Source: Pavona decussata (Eukaryota). From it: a stretch of 64,000 nt of DNA. The notes under the pieces were generated by a model that did no database searches, was not told the origin of the DNA, and worked only from the letters and a program-made list of their open reading frames with translations. Positions 35,347 to 48,401 of this stretch are shown one piece after another. Each line of letters opens with the position of its first letter. Within the stretch, counting starts at the first letter, position 1. A program made the translations under genes and the position numbers. The stretch lies in contig CDRNST010000058.1 of NCBI GenBank assembly GCA_977016875.1, positions 4,650,001 through 4,714,000 on the forward strand, given 5' to 3'.

Positions 35347-35550
35347 ATCGAAGTCAACCATTATACCCCTTCTTCGATGGGAGATTCTACCAGAACAAGT
35401 CGATTTCAATGAGGAGATTGGTCGTGGTGCATTTGGTAAAGTGCTCAAAGGTGTATTCAGGGAGTCACCTGGAATTAAGGTGTTTTACGTCAAGAACTCA
35501 GACTGTCGATTTTAAAGAAGGCCGGACAGTAGCTGTTAAAGTGTTAGAAG
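35347..35550 (+). CDS. RTK-A exon: kinase subdomains I-II, with a frameshift
   Basis: RWEILPEQVDFNEEIGRGAFGKVLKG is in one frame, which stops at TAA 35513-35515. EGRTVAVKVLE is in another frame. The shift is near 35487-35490. Confidence 0.88.
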
Positions 35551-36236
35551 GTAAACGATTTCAGAAAATATTAATCCTTTACTTACAGGATCAAAGGGTT
35601 GAAATTAAAGAATACCGATTTGCAAATGCTAAAAACAAACAACACCGCTTGTGAAAATGCAAGCTGCAAGTTATTTCAATGAATATTTTCTTTGTTAAAG
35701 CGAAACTACAAGCGACGTTCGGGACGGTTAATAAAAGGACTTTTTGCGACGCAGACATTTCGTTTCATAGACGTTTTTTAACACGGACGGTAACCGGAAA
35801 TATAATTTTTCCCTTTTTGGAGCGTTTTCACGCCATCGCGTTGGTAACGTTAAGCCACAGTCATCAACAAAAGCTTTTCCTATCCATGTTAAGGAGCAAA
35901 AGCACACCAAAAAAGGAAACATTCTACTTCCGGTTGCCGTCTATGGCTTTGACGTGTGCGACTTCTACCCATCCATATCTCAAGATCTATTACTGAAAGC
36001 ATTAAATTACGCCTCAAGATTCACCACTGTCACTTAACAAGACCGCCATATCATTATCCACGCAAAACAATCACTCCTTTACCACCAAAACTCCCCATGG
36101 ATCAAGAAAAACACAAACGACATGTTCGATGTCACCATGGGCTTATGCGACGGAGCAGAAACTACATGCTAGCCTTGATAGCGCCCAAAAATTTAAGAAT
36201 GCATCGTGACGATGGTCTCGCAATTTGCAAAGCCAC

Positions 36237-36378
36237 TGTGGAATGTTGTGAGCTTTGTAACCGCTCCTCGAGTAGTTTTTCAGTAGAACAGTTCGGATGA
36301 AACACGTTGTCCACGGTTAGAATTAAAAGCAGTTGTGTTCTCCAACTTTGGCTGGTTTAATGGACTCAGAATACTACA
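36237..36378 (+). repeat. 5' LTR
   Basis: TGTGGAATG...ATACTACA. I count 6 mismatches to the 3' LTR. Confidence 0.95.
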
Positions 36379-36403
36379 TTGGCGACGAGAAACGGATCAA
36401 AAC

Positions 36404-39400
36404 ATGGCATTGATCGGGAAAATCGAGAAATACAACGAGAAGGACAACTGGATCGAGTACACCGAACGACTCAAGCATTACTTCGCGGCGAATGAAATTA
36501 CGGACAACAACAAGAAGCGAGCGGTACTGCTAAGCGCATGTGGAGCGAAAACTTACAAGTTAATCAGTAATTTGGTAAATCCAAGGAAGCCGACCGACAA
36601 GTCGTTTACAGAGTTAGTCAACCTGGTGAAGAATCGTCTAAATCCAAGACCCTCTTCAATCGTCTATCGATTCAAATTTAACAGCTGTTTTCGTCAACCG
36701 GGAGAAACAATACAACAATATGTCGCCGAACTGAGGAATTTATCGGAGCACTGTGAATTCAACGACCAACTGGAAAAAAAATGCTTCGTGATCGACTGGT
36801 TTGTGGCGTGAATGATGAACGCATACAGCGGAGATTACTGGCGGAAAGTCAACTGGAATTCAAGAAGGCAATGGAATTAGCCGCCGTGATGGAAACCGCC
36901 GACAGGAATACACGTGATCTGAAGCACGGGAATCCGAACGAAAAACCGAAAGAACCACAAGTTAACCGCGTGACCAAGGAGCCACCGAAACAAAAACAGC
37001 CGCCAAGAAACCCGAGGCAATGAAAAGAATGCTATCGTTGTGGAGGACAGTTTCATGAGGCCGATAATTGCAGGTATAAAGAAGAAGAGTGCTATAGATG
37101 CCGTAAGAAGGGTCACAAGACAAACAAGTGTCGCAGTAAACGTAAAACGAGTTTTCAAAACAGCAACAAGTTTGGAAACACACATCGCCTGGAGACATCA
37201 GAAGAGGCAGAGGAAGAATGCGAAAAATACACGATGTTTCACCTAGCTGCAAAGGAGAGAAAACCGTATCGAGTCGACCTACAACTAAACGGAGTTCAGA
37301 CGAGTATGGAAGTGAACAACGGCGCTGCAGCTACGGTCATCAATGAAGAAACCTATAAGAGAATAATTGATAGAAATTCTGCGAAGAATCGACCGCAGAT
37401 GGGAACCGCTAAAGTGAAGCTTCGAACGTACACAGGTGAATTAGTCAAGGTCTTAGGAACTGTGAACGTTGTTGTAAATTATGAGAAGCAAGAAGTGGAA
37501 CTGCAAACACTCGTAGTGGAAGGATCAGGGCCTAACTTACTGGGAAGGGACTAGTTGAGAGTTCTGAGACTCAACTGGAAGGAGCTGTTCAAAATCCGAG
37601 TTGACGAAAACAACCATTCATGAGTCTTCACTTGGAAGGTTGATCGACCGGTACTCGGAAGTGTTTCAAGAAGGACTTGGAACATTCACAGGCCCAAGGG
37701 CGAAGATCCATGTGGAAACAGAGGCAAAACCGAGGTTCTTGAAGGGGAGACCAGTGCCATACGCCATGACAGGAAAGATTGAGGCTGAACTCAAAAGGCT
37801 ACAAGATGAGGGAACAATCGACCCTGTTCAGTTCTCTGAATGGGCGGCCCCCATTGTACCTATCCTAAAACCAGATGGCTCCATTCGTATCTGCGGAGAC
37901 TACAAAACAACTGTCAATCAAGTGTCTAAGCTGGACAGTTACCCTATCCCGAAGGTTGAAGATCTCTTGCAACTCTAGGATGAGGTAAAAAATTTACTAA
38001 ACTGGACATGAGTCAGGCCTATCAGCAATTACTTCTGGATGAAGAGTCCAAACAGTACACCACCATCAACACACACAAAGGATTGTTCCAGTACAACCGT
38101 CTGCCTTACGGAATATGGTCAGCACCTGGAATATTTCAGCGGAACATGGGGAATCTACTGCGGAACATTCCTCATGTAATCTTCCGGGTGGATGACATAC
38201 TAGTGTCCGGAGCCTGTGACGAAGATCACTTAAAGAACCTGGAAGAAGTCTTGAAACGACTAGCAAGCGCGGGCTTGCGACTGCGGAAAGACAAGTGTGT
38301 GTTCATGGAACCTCAAGTAACGTACCTGGGGCACAAGGTCAGCAAGGAAGGCATTCAACCGTTGCAAGACAAGGTCGATGCTATTACCAATGCACTAGCA
38401 CCTACGAATGTGTCAGAGCTCAGATCGTACCTGGGCATGATTAACTACTACCAGAAATTTCTGCCCAACTTGTCGAGTGTGTTGGCTCCACTACATGGGT
38501 TGCTACGTAATGAGACTTGTTGGCATTGGGGTAAAGAGCAGATGCATGCATTTCAAAAGTCGAAGGAATTCCTGAAGTCCCCTAGACTCCTGGTCCACTA
38601 CGACAGTTAGAAGAAGTTAACCTTGGCATGTGATGCATCACAGTATGGTTTGGGGGCCGTTCTTTCTAATCAAATGGATGATGGCTCAAAGCATCCAAAC
38701 GCTTATGCTTCCAGGACCCTGTCCGACGCAGAAAAAAATTACTCCAACTTGGAAAGAGAAGCACTAGCGCTGGTATTCGGGGTGAAGAAATTTCACCAGT
38801 ACATTTATGGCAGACATTTTAGCTTGGTAACTGACCACAAACCGTTAGAATCATTGTTTAATGAGAAGAAAGATATACCTACTATGGCAGCAGCGAAGAT
38901 TCAGCGTTGGGCCTTGACGCTGGTTGCCTACGACTACTCCATTGATTGCAAACCAGGACCTGAACACGCCAATGCTGATGCCCTCAGCCGACTGCCCTTG
39001 CCTGTTAGTCCGCCGACTACACCGTTGCCTGCAGGAACTGTTTTTGCAACGGAAATCCTCAATTCAACACCAGTGAGTGTGAATGAAATCAGAACCGGAA
39101 CCAGATGTGACCCGATACTGTCTCAAGTAGTCAAGTATGTACAGCAAGGTTGGCCTAATCACAACTCAGAACAAGTATTTAAGCTCTACTTCACAGGGAA
39201 AGATGAATTCAGTGTTCAGGATGGGTGTTTGCTATGGGGCAATCGAGTGGAGGTACCCCCTAAAGAAAGAGGAAGAGTGGTAGAGGAGTTACACAAGACA
39301 CATCCTGGAATTCGCCGTATGAAGGCGTTGGCGAGAGGTTATGTGTGGTGGCCGAAAATGGATGCACATTTGGAGCAGAAAGTGCGTCAGTGCAGTCCTT

Positions 39401-40384
39401 GCCAGGAAAACAGGAAGTCACCGCCAGAAGCTCCTTTACATCTCTGGGAATGGCCTCATAAATCCTGTGTCCGACTTCACCTAGATTATGCAGGTCCGTT
39501 CCTTGGAAAAATGTTCCTCAACGCGATAGATGCCCACTCCAAGTGGATGGAGGCGTTTCCAATGAACACATCAACATCAAGTGCGACTATTGACAAATTG
39601 AGAATCACTTTTGCAACACATGGTCTGCTGGAAATCGTTGTCACAGACAATGGTAGCAACTTCACAAGCAAAGAGTTTGAAGATTTTCTCAAACAAAATG
39701 GAATCCGTCCCATCAGAACTGCGCCATACCACCCTGCGTCAAATGGACTGGCTGAGAGGGCCGTACAAAAATTCAAGGAGGGAATGAAGAAAATGAGTGG
39801 AGGAAGTGTGGAGACGCGAGTTTTGCGATTTCTAGCCCGTTACAGAATCACCCCTCAGACTTCCAGAGGAGTGTCGCCAGCAGAATTACTGTTAGGGAGG
39901 AAACCCAGATCGAGACTAGACCTAGTCCACCCACAAATTGGAAGGAAAGTAACATCAAAACCAGACTTCTCAGAAACAGGCACATGACTGGCATGCTAAG
40001 GAACGCACCATGCTGGAAGGAGAAACTGTTTATGCAAGCAACTTCAGAAGAGGACCAAAACAGTCGACTAGTCCAACTTCGTTTGTAGTTCAACTGGAAG
40101 ATGGGGGACTGTTGAGAAGACACCAAGACCATCTGATACAGCGGTCCACTGTTCTCCAAGCGTCTATTCCTAATCAAGAGGAAGTCCCAGCTGACCTGAT
40201 TCCAGCATCGGTGGAAGCTGAAAAGCCAGATTTGCAGGTGGAAGAAACTCCGACCAGCTGTCAAGACACCCCACCAGCACTGATTGAGCCTGTGCAGTCT
40301 GCTCCCCTAGGTGTCCCAGAAAAACGCTACCCTACTAGGAACAGACACGCCCCTCGATACTTGGCTGATTTTGTTACTAAGTGA
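36404..40384 (+). pseudogene. Gypsy gag-pol with multiple stops and frameshifts
   Basis: LRDRLVCG, CYRCG..H...C twice, degraded protease (EVNNGA), WAAPIV/ICGDY, RVDDIL, ACDAS.YGLGAVL, TDHKPL, integrase HHCC, D(N)G and NGLAER. Stops at 37021, 37552, 37976 and 38608. Confidence 0.93.
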
Positions 40385-40476
40385 CTTGTTAGGTTATTAG
40401 GATTGAGACACTTAAGAACTGCAAGCTAAATTTGTTGTTGATTTATTGTGATAGTTTTCATGACTTAGTGAGGGAG

Positions 40477-40618
40477 TGTGGAATGTTGTGAGCTTTGTAA
40501 CCGCTCCTCGAGTAGTTTTCCAGTAGAACAGTTCGGATGAAACACGTTGTCCACAGTTAGAATTAAAAGTAGTTGCGTTCTCTAACTTTGGCTGGTTTAA
40601 TGGACTCAGAATAATACA
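40477..40618 (+). repeat. 3' LTR
   Basis: Direct repeat of 36237-36378, preceded by AGTGAGGGAG. Confidence 0.95.
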
Positions 40619-42104
40619 GCCACCCCGAAAGAAATTGAAAAAACCAAGCAAGAAGTCAACCAAGTGTTCAAATTGGAGGGCGTTAAGATCACAATTGAGG
40701 CAAACAGGAAGATCGTCAACTTTCTTGATGTGACCTTCAGCCTTACAGACGGAAACCTAAAAACAAGCTGTCGTACGTCCATCAACAGAGCAATCACCCC
40801 CCCCCCCCCCAGCAGTGCTGAAAAACATACCACTCAATAGTAACAAAAGGTTAACTGCCATCTCATCCAGCAAAGAAATATTTGACGAATCTATTGCCCC
40901 TTACCAGAAAGCTCTCACAGAAAGCGAATATAACCATAAGCTAACATACAATCCTCCACAAGAGCAAGCCTGGAAAAACAAAAGAAAAAGAACAAGAAAC
41001 ATCACATGGTACAATCCACCTTACAATTCAAACATCAAAACTAACCTTGGAAGAAAGTTCCTGTACATCATTGACAGATGCTTTCCAAAACACCATCCAC
41101 TCCACAAGATTTATCTCACCGCACAACAAGCACGTTCTTTTAAATGTTAACTCACCAACTCCACAACCTGACACCTGCAATTGCAGAAAAAAAACGGACT
41201 GTCCACTCGAAGGAAAATGCCGTCATTACTGTAGCGTTGTTAGGCTAGTGATCAATTAGTTGAGAAGTGTGATTTTGGGTCGGATTTCAAGATTCAATGT
41301 CATAAATAATTTCCAGATGTTCGTTCGGCGTGATTCGCGTTGCGTCATGAATTTAGAATGAAGACGGAAAATGAATTTAAAACACTGTCTTGCTCCGATT
41401 AAGCCGATTCTGTTGTGGAAAGCTAGACTTGAGCGCTTAAAGACCGGGTTTTGGGTGAGATTTAAGATGCGTTGGCGCCGTTAATAATTGCCAAATGTCA
41501 CACTTGTTTAGTCGGATCACAGGTCATGTTTCATTTCACTCAGATGTCAATGTCACGTATAATTCCAAATAAAAGCCCCTCTTTTCTCTTGCATAGTATT
41601 TCCTGACCTTTCTTTCTTGTGATGAACCGTAGCTAAAGTATTGTTAATAAAAGGTAATTTAAAATATTTAACACTGGTACAGAAAATGGGTCCTGTCAAC
41701 CCTATACTATTCCCCACAAAATCTAGCAGTCCACTTATCACGTCTGTCAGACGACCACACTGGAATTGTAAAAAGAATAGTACTTTCGTCCAAGGAGGGA
41801 CTAATCTATCATGTGTTAGTTTGAATAGAAAGTGGGCTTTTGGGGAAGGTGAAGTTTAGATTGTCCTCCACCAAAATTTTAAATTCGCGGGAAGACAATA
41901 CCGTCAGCTACGCAGACAAGCAGTGTGTCTCTGAGGATAGAGTTAAAGAAGAAATTGGTAGCTCCGGCTCGGATGACACATACATCTCATGACGAGGTAC
42001 AGTCTAATCTCGTACCCAGATCTCAATCGTATAGCTTACTACCAATACACACAGTCTCAAAAAATGGTTTATTTAAAATAAAATAGTGTCATAGTAAACC
42101 ACAT

Positions 42105-42330
42105 ATGAGCCTTAGGTGGCCCACACAGCATGGGACGAGCTTAACCCGTTTCTGTAGGATGAAGCAACTTAGGGTAGTGCTGGATGGGATGCTAGTCCAT
42201 TGCAAGGTTATCCCCTGCGTTTTGTAACCATTACTCCTGTGCGGAAAGAAACAATATGGGGCAAAGTTTCTCGTGTAAGTAAATAATGCTGTGGCAGGAG
42301 CAAGACCTCGAGCAACGGACCTTCAGATAC
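42105..42330 (-). mobile_element. SINE-like interspersed repeat
   Basis: TGGATGGGATGCTAGTCCATTGCAAGGTTATCCCC core. A diverged opposite-orientation relative (CTGCGATTAACTAGCATCC) lies near 52590-52720. Confidence 0.45.
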
Positions 42331-42665
42331 AGTCTCCTGAAAATACAGCGAGCATCAATAATATAATCTCACTACTACGTAGATCATAGAAATATTTTAG
42401 TGTTTGGTACTCGGCATGGTTATGGTACATGTTCGGAAGTCGGGATTCTGTAATTGAATTTTGATTTATTTTCTTAATTTCGCAAGTCGCTGTAGCTTAT
42501 TTTCCTACAACTGCTTTGAGGAATTTGCACTCCAGTATAAGTGTTATCTGATGAATTATGTAGTTCACCATAGGCGGGGCTAGGCCCAGCACTAGGTCAC
42601 TGTTAAAAGTCAATTAGACATCGCATTTTAAACACCATTTTAGTTCCAAATTATTTAATTTTCAG

Positions 42666-42850
42666 ACTCTACAGATAAAGAGGCAAGGAACCATCTTCTA
42701 GAGGAAATTGAGTTAATGAAATCGATTGGTTCTCATCGCAATTTTGTGAGCATGTTGGGTTGTTGGGTTAACTCAGAACCCATCTTTCTGCTGCTGGAAT
42801 ATCTTGCATATGCAGATCTACTGCACTGGCTCAGAAGAAAGAGGCAACAG
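42666..42850 (+). CDS. RTK-A exon: kinase subdomains III-V
   Basis: LLEEIELMKSIGSHRNFVSMLGCW....PIFLLLEYLAYADLLHWLRRKRQQ. Phase 1 to 0. Not in the ORF track. Confidence 0.92.
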
Positions 42851-43772
42851 GTGACATGAATAACTACCATATACCGTGGTGAAAGGGTCATTCTCATTGT
42901 TCCCAGAGGGTCGACCTTTCAAATTTATTTTACCATAATCAGCAAGAACGATTTCATCGACGGGGCCTATAAAAGACTTGTTTCGAGAACGTGTTTTCTT
43001 TGGCTGGTTATATACCGTTGAAAATTTAGCCCAAACCTCTAAAGAGTAAAGTGTTTGTACACGTAACACGGAGGTGCCTGAACAGATCTAGAGGTTGATG
43101 AAGTTGTTTCTGGGACCAAGCAAACTCCTCCGTACTGAATATGGAGAAATGAAGTCCGTAAGAATAGGTTGGGCTATACGTGGATCTATTAGCGACATTG
43201 AACTTGTCTTGGAAAGGTGTTCGAGTAATTGGAAAAATCCTTCTAATTTTCTGCAAAGTCATTTCAAATATGCCTTGAAATTAAAAGGACAGCACTCAGC
43301 TGCCTGTATACGTCTGAGTGGTATTGTTCATATTAAGATCATAACAGTTCAGTTGACGAAGCAGTGTACACACTTTCTTGATAGACGAGAATTCATATAC
43401 GCCATCCGGTGGTTTTAGTCTCGTATCCTTGATTAGAGATTAAGCAGAGGGCTGTGGAGAAAGGCCCACGAGGTGGTTTGTAAATCAGCCCAAATGCGTC
43501 ACTACTCTACCTCTTATTCAAACGCGAAATGGTGACCAACAAACATGGATAATTCATTCAGTGTGCGCACGCCTCTATTGCTTGTTTCGGGGAGTTGGGC
43601 CATGCACTAGCTTAAGTCCACCTTTCTGACCCCTTTGTAATTCTTGCAAATTTTCAAAATTGTCTTAAAGTTGCCGGTTTGAGAAAGGTTATGAGTCACG
43701 ACTTGGGCATTTTCCCATCTACTGACAAATCGTCTCACTCAGATTTTGATTCTTGTAATTTTCCTCCTTTAG

Positions 43773-44209
43773 AAAACCTATCGCAAATTTTACGATAACG
43801 AGGGACCTACACATGCTGCTGAAAAAACGCAAGAGTAATGGCATTGGCTGAAAATACAGCAGAAAGTGAGGGAACGTTGTGCCCTCAAGAAATATTCCCT
43901 GCAAGTGGGAATGCTGAAGACGGCGGAGGACGCTTAGATGTAATTGAAGTGCAAAGTTTCAGTGCAGATGTTAACTCTAATGTACGTTTGGATGAAAACG
44001 ATAGAGAAAGCAAGCACACAGCTTTTCCTGTAAAGACAGCAAGGGATCAAGCCGTAAAGATGGATGATCAGGAGTTCACCTGCTCTTTCTATCTTGTAAG
44101 TCCAGAAAATGCAGAGGATGGAACCAAAAGCCAGGGAGACAAGTCTCATGACGGCGAGGTCTCATTGAAGGACCCTTCTTGTTTCGAGCGGAAAATGGCA
44201 CTGGGAATG
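43773..44209 (+). pseudogene. Degenerate duplicate of the kinase-insert exon
   Basis: Colinear with 45068-45529, but a ~22-nt deletion gives TAA at ~43836. Subdomain VIa has decayed (VSLKDPSCFERKMALGM). Splice sites are intact. Confidence 0.8.
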
Positions 44210-45067
44210 GTAAGTGACTTTTGTTTGTTTGTTCGAGTTACAACCACTTCAACGCTAGCTATTAATATTAGTAGCCATACGTTAGTTCATTTGTCCTTAA
44301 AACACCTTACATATCCCCGCAACACGTCAATCATTGCAAGGAAAGATCAATTGAATGTTTGGACTAATTATGCTTAGTTGTTTTTATGTGGGCATGATTG
44401 GTAGGCATGTTTTGTGATTTAATAACAACTTTGTCCGACTACTTACTGGGACAGCTAGTTTTCATCAGGCAATTAGGTTGACGGATTAGACTTCGCCATT
44501 TATAAGCCAAAATTCGGCTGTAAGTGACAGATTTTGCCCTTACTTTTCCAGGATGAAGCTCTCTCCATAAGTCAGCACTCTCGCCATAAGTTAGCGCCTT
44601 TTCCGGCCTCTTGTTGTTTTCAGTGTTTATCCTGAGGAACTTCAGGAACTTCCATTTCTATACCTAAGAGCTAAAGTCACAGCAACTCCGTTAACTTCTG
44701 GAATTGTTCATTCCAGGATAATGGTTCTGCGATGACAGGAAAGCATGTATAGCCGTTTAAGTTCAATTATGAAGAAACAATGAAGGTTTGTCTATAAATT
44801 AGCTCAAAACACGACGCGTGACAACTCCAGCCATTTTCTGCAGCTGAATCTTACATAGCTTGCATAAATAAATTCATCCAGGGTTTAACGATTGTGCCGT
44901 ATTCTCTAGATCGACCATGTATTACAAACAGTTTCAGCAGAATGGTGGACTGAGTGCTTGCAAACATTCTCAAACTAGGCTTTAAACTTTTGCATCATTT
45001 TCACGTACCGTAATCTTTTCTCTTTTCAGTTTTTTCAGTTCTGTTTCCTTTGATTTTCATGTTTTAG

Positions 45068-45529
45068 GAAAGCTATCAAGAGTGTCACGACACCGAACGA
45101 TTTACCCTCGACGCTGACAAAACGCAACTTGGCGCGGAAAATGATTCAAAAGTGATGCTACTAGCTAAAAACCCTGCCGAAAGCAAGGAATTGGGTTGTG
45201 AGGAAACTACGGCTTCAAGGATTGCTAAAGGCGAAAAGGAACACGGGGATATTACTCAATTGCAAATTTGCAGTACAAGTGATAACTCCAAACAACTTCT
45301 GAATGAAAATACAAGCGAAAGCGATCACGCAAGTGGCTGTGGGGAGTTAAACGTGGATAATGCTGCAAAGGATTTCGAAGGCTTGGCTTGCTCTTCTCAG
45401 TCTGCAAATGAAAGTGTTACTCCAGAAAATGCAGCGGATGGAAACGACAGCAATGGAGATGAGCCGCACGATGACGATTTCTCTCCAAAGGATCTTCTTC
45501 GTTTTGCTTGGCAAATAGCGCGGGGAATG
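45068..45529 (+). CDS. RTK-A exon: acidic kinase insert plus subdomain VIa
   Basis: Open phase 0-0 exon ending FSPKDLLRFAWQIARGM|GTAAAT. Confidence 0.9.
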
Positions 45530-45828
45530 GTAAATAATGTTAGTTTGTTTTTTATGAGTGTCACTTGAACGCCGGTCGATAATACACATACGTTGTTCGG
45601 GTAACAGTTCAGCTTTAAATACTGTTATGTGACCATTTCTTAGAATGAGGTTAAGAGCAAGGAAACAGGAGATTTTTAATTTTCAGAAATTGGTGTTCAT
45701 TATTTATCTCAATAGGAATTTTGAACGCATCCATTGTCAATCGCGATTTCTTTATAAAATCCGTAAAAAATTCATTGATACATCGATCTAGTATGGATTG
45801 ATTAATTGATTTTCTATTCCTGCCACAG

Positions 45829-46040
45829 GGTTTCTTGTCAAGTAAAGGATTTATTCACCGCGATCTAGCGGCAAGAAATATTCTCCTTGGGGAGGGCAAA
45901 GTGGTCAAAATTTCTGACTTTGGACTGATGCGCCACATTTACGGAGACATCTACAAAGTCAACAAAGGGAAGAAACTCCCCGTAAAATGGATGGCACCCG
46001 AGGCACTTTTTAACAGTGAATACACTACGAAAAGCGACGT
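45829..46040 (+). CDS. RTK-A exon: catalytic and activation loops
   Basis: [30 protein letters not shown] and YTTKSDV are tyrosine-kinase signatures. Confidence 0.97.
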
Positions 46041-46778
46041 GTAAGTGTTGTGACATGTATCTTAATTAGCCATGCAGAAACTGTTACCCAGTAACAAGCA
46101 TTAAGGGTTTTATATATTTTGCACAATAGGAAACGTTTGTGCATCAGCTAAGATACGTCTACCTCTACGAGCAAGCAAGATCAAGCAAAATGCTGGGGTG
46201 TGATTGTGCGTTAGTTTGGCAGTCCATAAGAAATGTATTATGTACTATTTTCTATTTTTTTTTTCGGGCAAGGCGCGCACCGCCGTTGAAAGCATTAGTG
46301 TATGACCTTTTTTCATATTTGTTCAATGAAACATGTCTTTTTTGTATGAAGGAGCCTCTGCGGAGGAGAGAGTTGCAATAATACCCTCGGAGTTATAGAG
46401 AGTGGTCGGCTATATCCGTCTAACATGGATCACAAAACATGGACAGTCTAGATTGCGTTAATAGTAGAAATCTGGAAGGAAGTGCGGGTGGAGATTTCGT
46501 CATACACACTCAACAATGCAGGCGCAATGATCGACTTTTAAAACTCTAACTTTGGATTCTTTTGTAATTTTCAAAAAAAATGTCTCTGTGTAGGTCGACA
46601 GCCATGTTGGGGTGGGGGTTATCTTTCTTCATGTACGGTAATGATTTGTTTTTCTTTTCTGGACAGTTTTCCCTTTATGTTGTTAGTTTAATTCTTCTTT
46701 AATTTGTATGCCATTTCACGAAAGTCTAGCCTAGAACACGAAGATTATTCATGGACATTTATCCTGTAATTTTTTCAG

Positions 46779-46819
46779 ATGGTCTTTTGGAGTTCTGCTG
46801 TGGGAGATTGCCACAATGG
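46779..46819 (+). CDS. RTK-A exon: subdomain IX (WSFGVLLWEIATM)
   Basis: 41-nt exon, phase 2 to 1, canonical splice sites. Confidence 0.93.
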
Positions 46820-46859
46820 GTAAGAAAACAAGAAAAGAATGAGTTGTATATATAAATTG

Positions 46860-47460
46860 TCTGACTGCCTGATTGACCGACTGGCTGACGGATAGACGGA
46901 AGGACTGACCGATTGATTGACTGACAGGTCTGACTCACCCACTCACTGACTCGCTAGCTCACCTGATAATGATTTATCATGACTTCAGATCAGCTGACAG
47001 TGATTGTGGGTCAGGAGGTGACTGGTGGGGCCAATCCAGGTCCTGAAGGCCTGCCCACGCGTGGGACATGTGGGAGAGTGCTGCAGTTGAATTGGTGGCA
47101 AATAAAACTGTGGGTTAAACAGATATCCACGATTCTAAGCGCTTCTATGACGCTATCTATCCTGTGTGCAGAGACCATTCTTTCGGCTCCTCTCCCCTCC
47201 TCAGCTCCGAATGACTGACTGGCTAACTGAATCATTGTCCCACTCATCCACTGACTGACTCATGCCAAAAGAAATTTAATCAGTGACATGCTGAATGGAT
47301 TGATGATTCACTGAATGACACACCAACTGAATGGCTGAATGACTGACAGAATGTTTGATTAACAGACTCACTGCTTGCTATTTTTTTTCTCGCTTGTTTG
47401 CTTGCCATGGATTGGTCGATTGATTGAGTGAAAGGTGATGATTGGCTGATACGTGTCTGC
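46860..47460. repeat. Degenerate (GACT/GATT)n tetranucleotide tract interrupted by ~230 bp of unrelated sequence
   Basis: CTGACTGCCTGATTGACCGACTGGCTGAC..., resuming at ~47210. Confidence 0.6.
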
Positions 47461-47800
47461 TTGATCGAGTGCATGGCTAAGGAAGAGGAAGGGGGCGAAA
47501 AGAAGTGGAAGTCAAGAGGGACAGTGTGCAAATTATTTTCGAAAAAGATCTTATTGTCAATACGCGAATGGAGAAAAGTGCTGCCACAGCTTACTACAGC
47601 TGGTGCTACCAGTGTTGTATTTTTAACGTAACTTAACTCTTAATGATTGTTAGACCTTAACCACGTCAAAAATAGGAACCAAAAGTCCTTTTAGACTAAC
47701 ATCAATTCAGACAGCTTTACTAGAGGGTACAATGCACCAGCGTTTTTGTATGTACAGATCAAGTATTGCATATCATTAAAAGCATGATTATATTTCCAAG

Positions 47801-47897
47801 GAGGAAATCCGTATCCTGGATTAGACAACAAAGAGATGTACAATCTTCTTAAGACTGGCTATCGCATGGAGAAACCAGACTCGTGCTCTAGTGAAGT
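47801..47897 (+). CDS. RTK-A exon: subdomain X ([31 protein letters not shown])
   Basis: Phase 1 to 2, canonical splice sites. Confidence 0.93.
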
Positions 47898-48401
47898 GTA
47901 AGTTCTTTTTGTTCTCTTTTTATATGATATATCTTTAATGAAACTGATTCCTAGTTTGTTGGCAACGGTAAACAAATACTCAAATGTCCATTCTTATGAG
48001 CTTAGATAAGCCATTTCTTTTTAAAAATGACCGAAGTAATTGCGGCTATTTTAAAGAGAATGCTCATAAGTTATTTCACCACCATCATAACCATGATCAT
48101 CCGACTTATGACATTCCGCTATTAGTGTTAATTAGGCCACCAATAGCGTGAAAGTCAGTGTACATTTTCTTATGCCCGTCACTTTTCCAATGGTGTCCCG
48201 CTTGTGCCTGCAGCACCTTCCGCGCATTTGACTTTATTCGGTCTCAGGCCTGCACATCAGAAGACCTTTCGAAAATCTTTTCTAGCCAATTTGATGCACA
48301 CATGCAGCTTAAGTATACCGTCCCAAGTCTTTTGTTCCAGACTATGAGGTCTGGTCAGGTCTTTTTCTAAACCCGGTTTTCCTTACGCAATGGAAGCACA
48401 T

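Larger units (their letters stand above)
36237..40618 (+). mobile_element. Full-length but degenerate Ty3/Gypsy (Mag-like) LTR retrotransposon, 4382 bp
   Basis: 142-bp TG...CA LTRs, GCCAC TSD (36232-36236 and 40619-40623), PBS TGGCGACGAG, purine tract before the 3' LTR, gag with two CCHC knuckles, and PR-RT-RNaseH-INT order. Confidence 0.97.
35958..41221 (+). mobile_element. Penelope-like retroelement fragment split by the Gypsy insertion
   Basis: DFYPSI, FDVTMG..DGAE and HRDDGLAICKA lie before 36236. (T)PKEIEK...NFLDVT, RNITWYNPPY and CNCRKKTDCPLEGKC lie after 40619. The reading frame is continuous across the TSD. Confidence 0.82.

Noticed and set aside
45829-46040. Assigning the gene symbol FGFR or RET
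   Set aside because: The kinase is of that general type, but the ectodomain has no Ig or cadherin domains. Orthology cannot be claimed without a tree.
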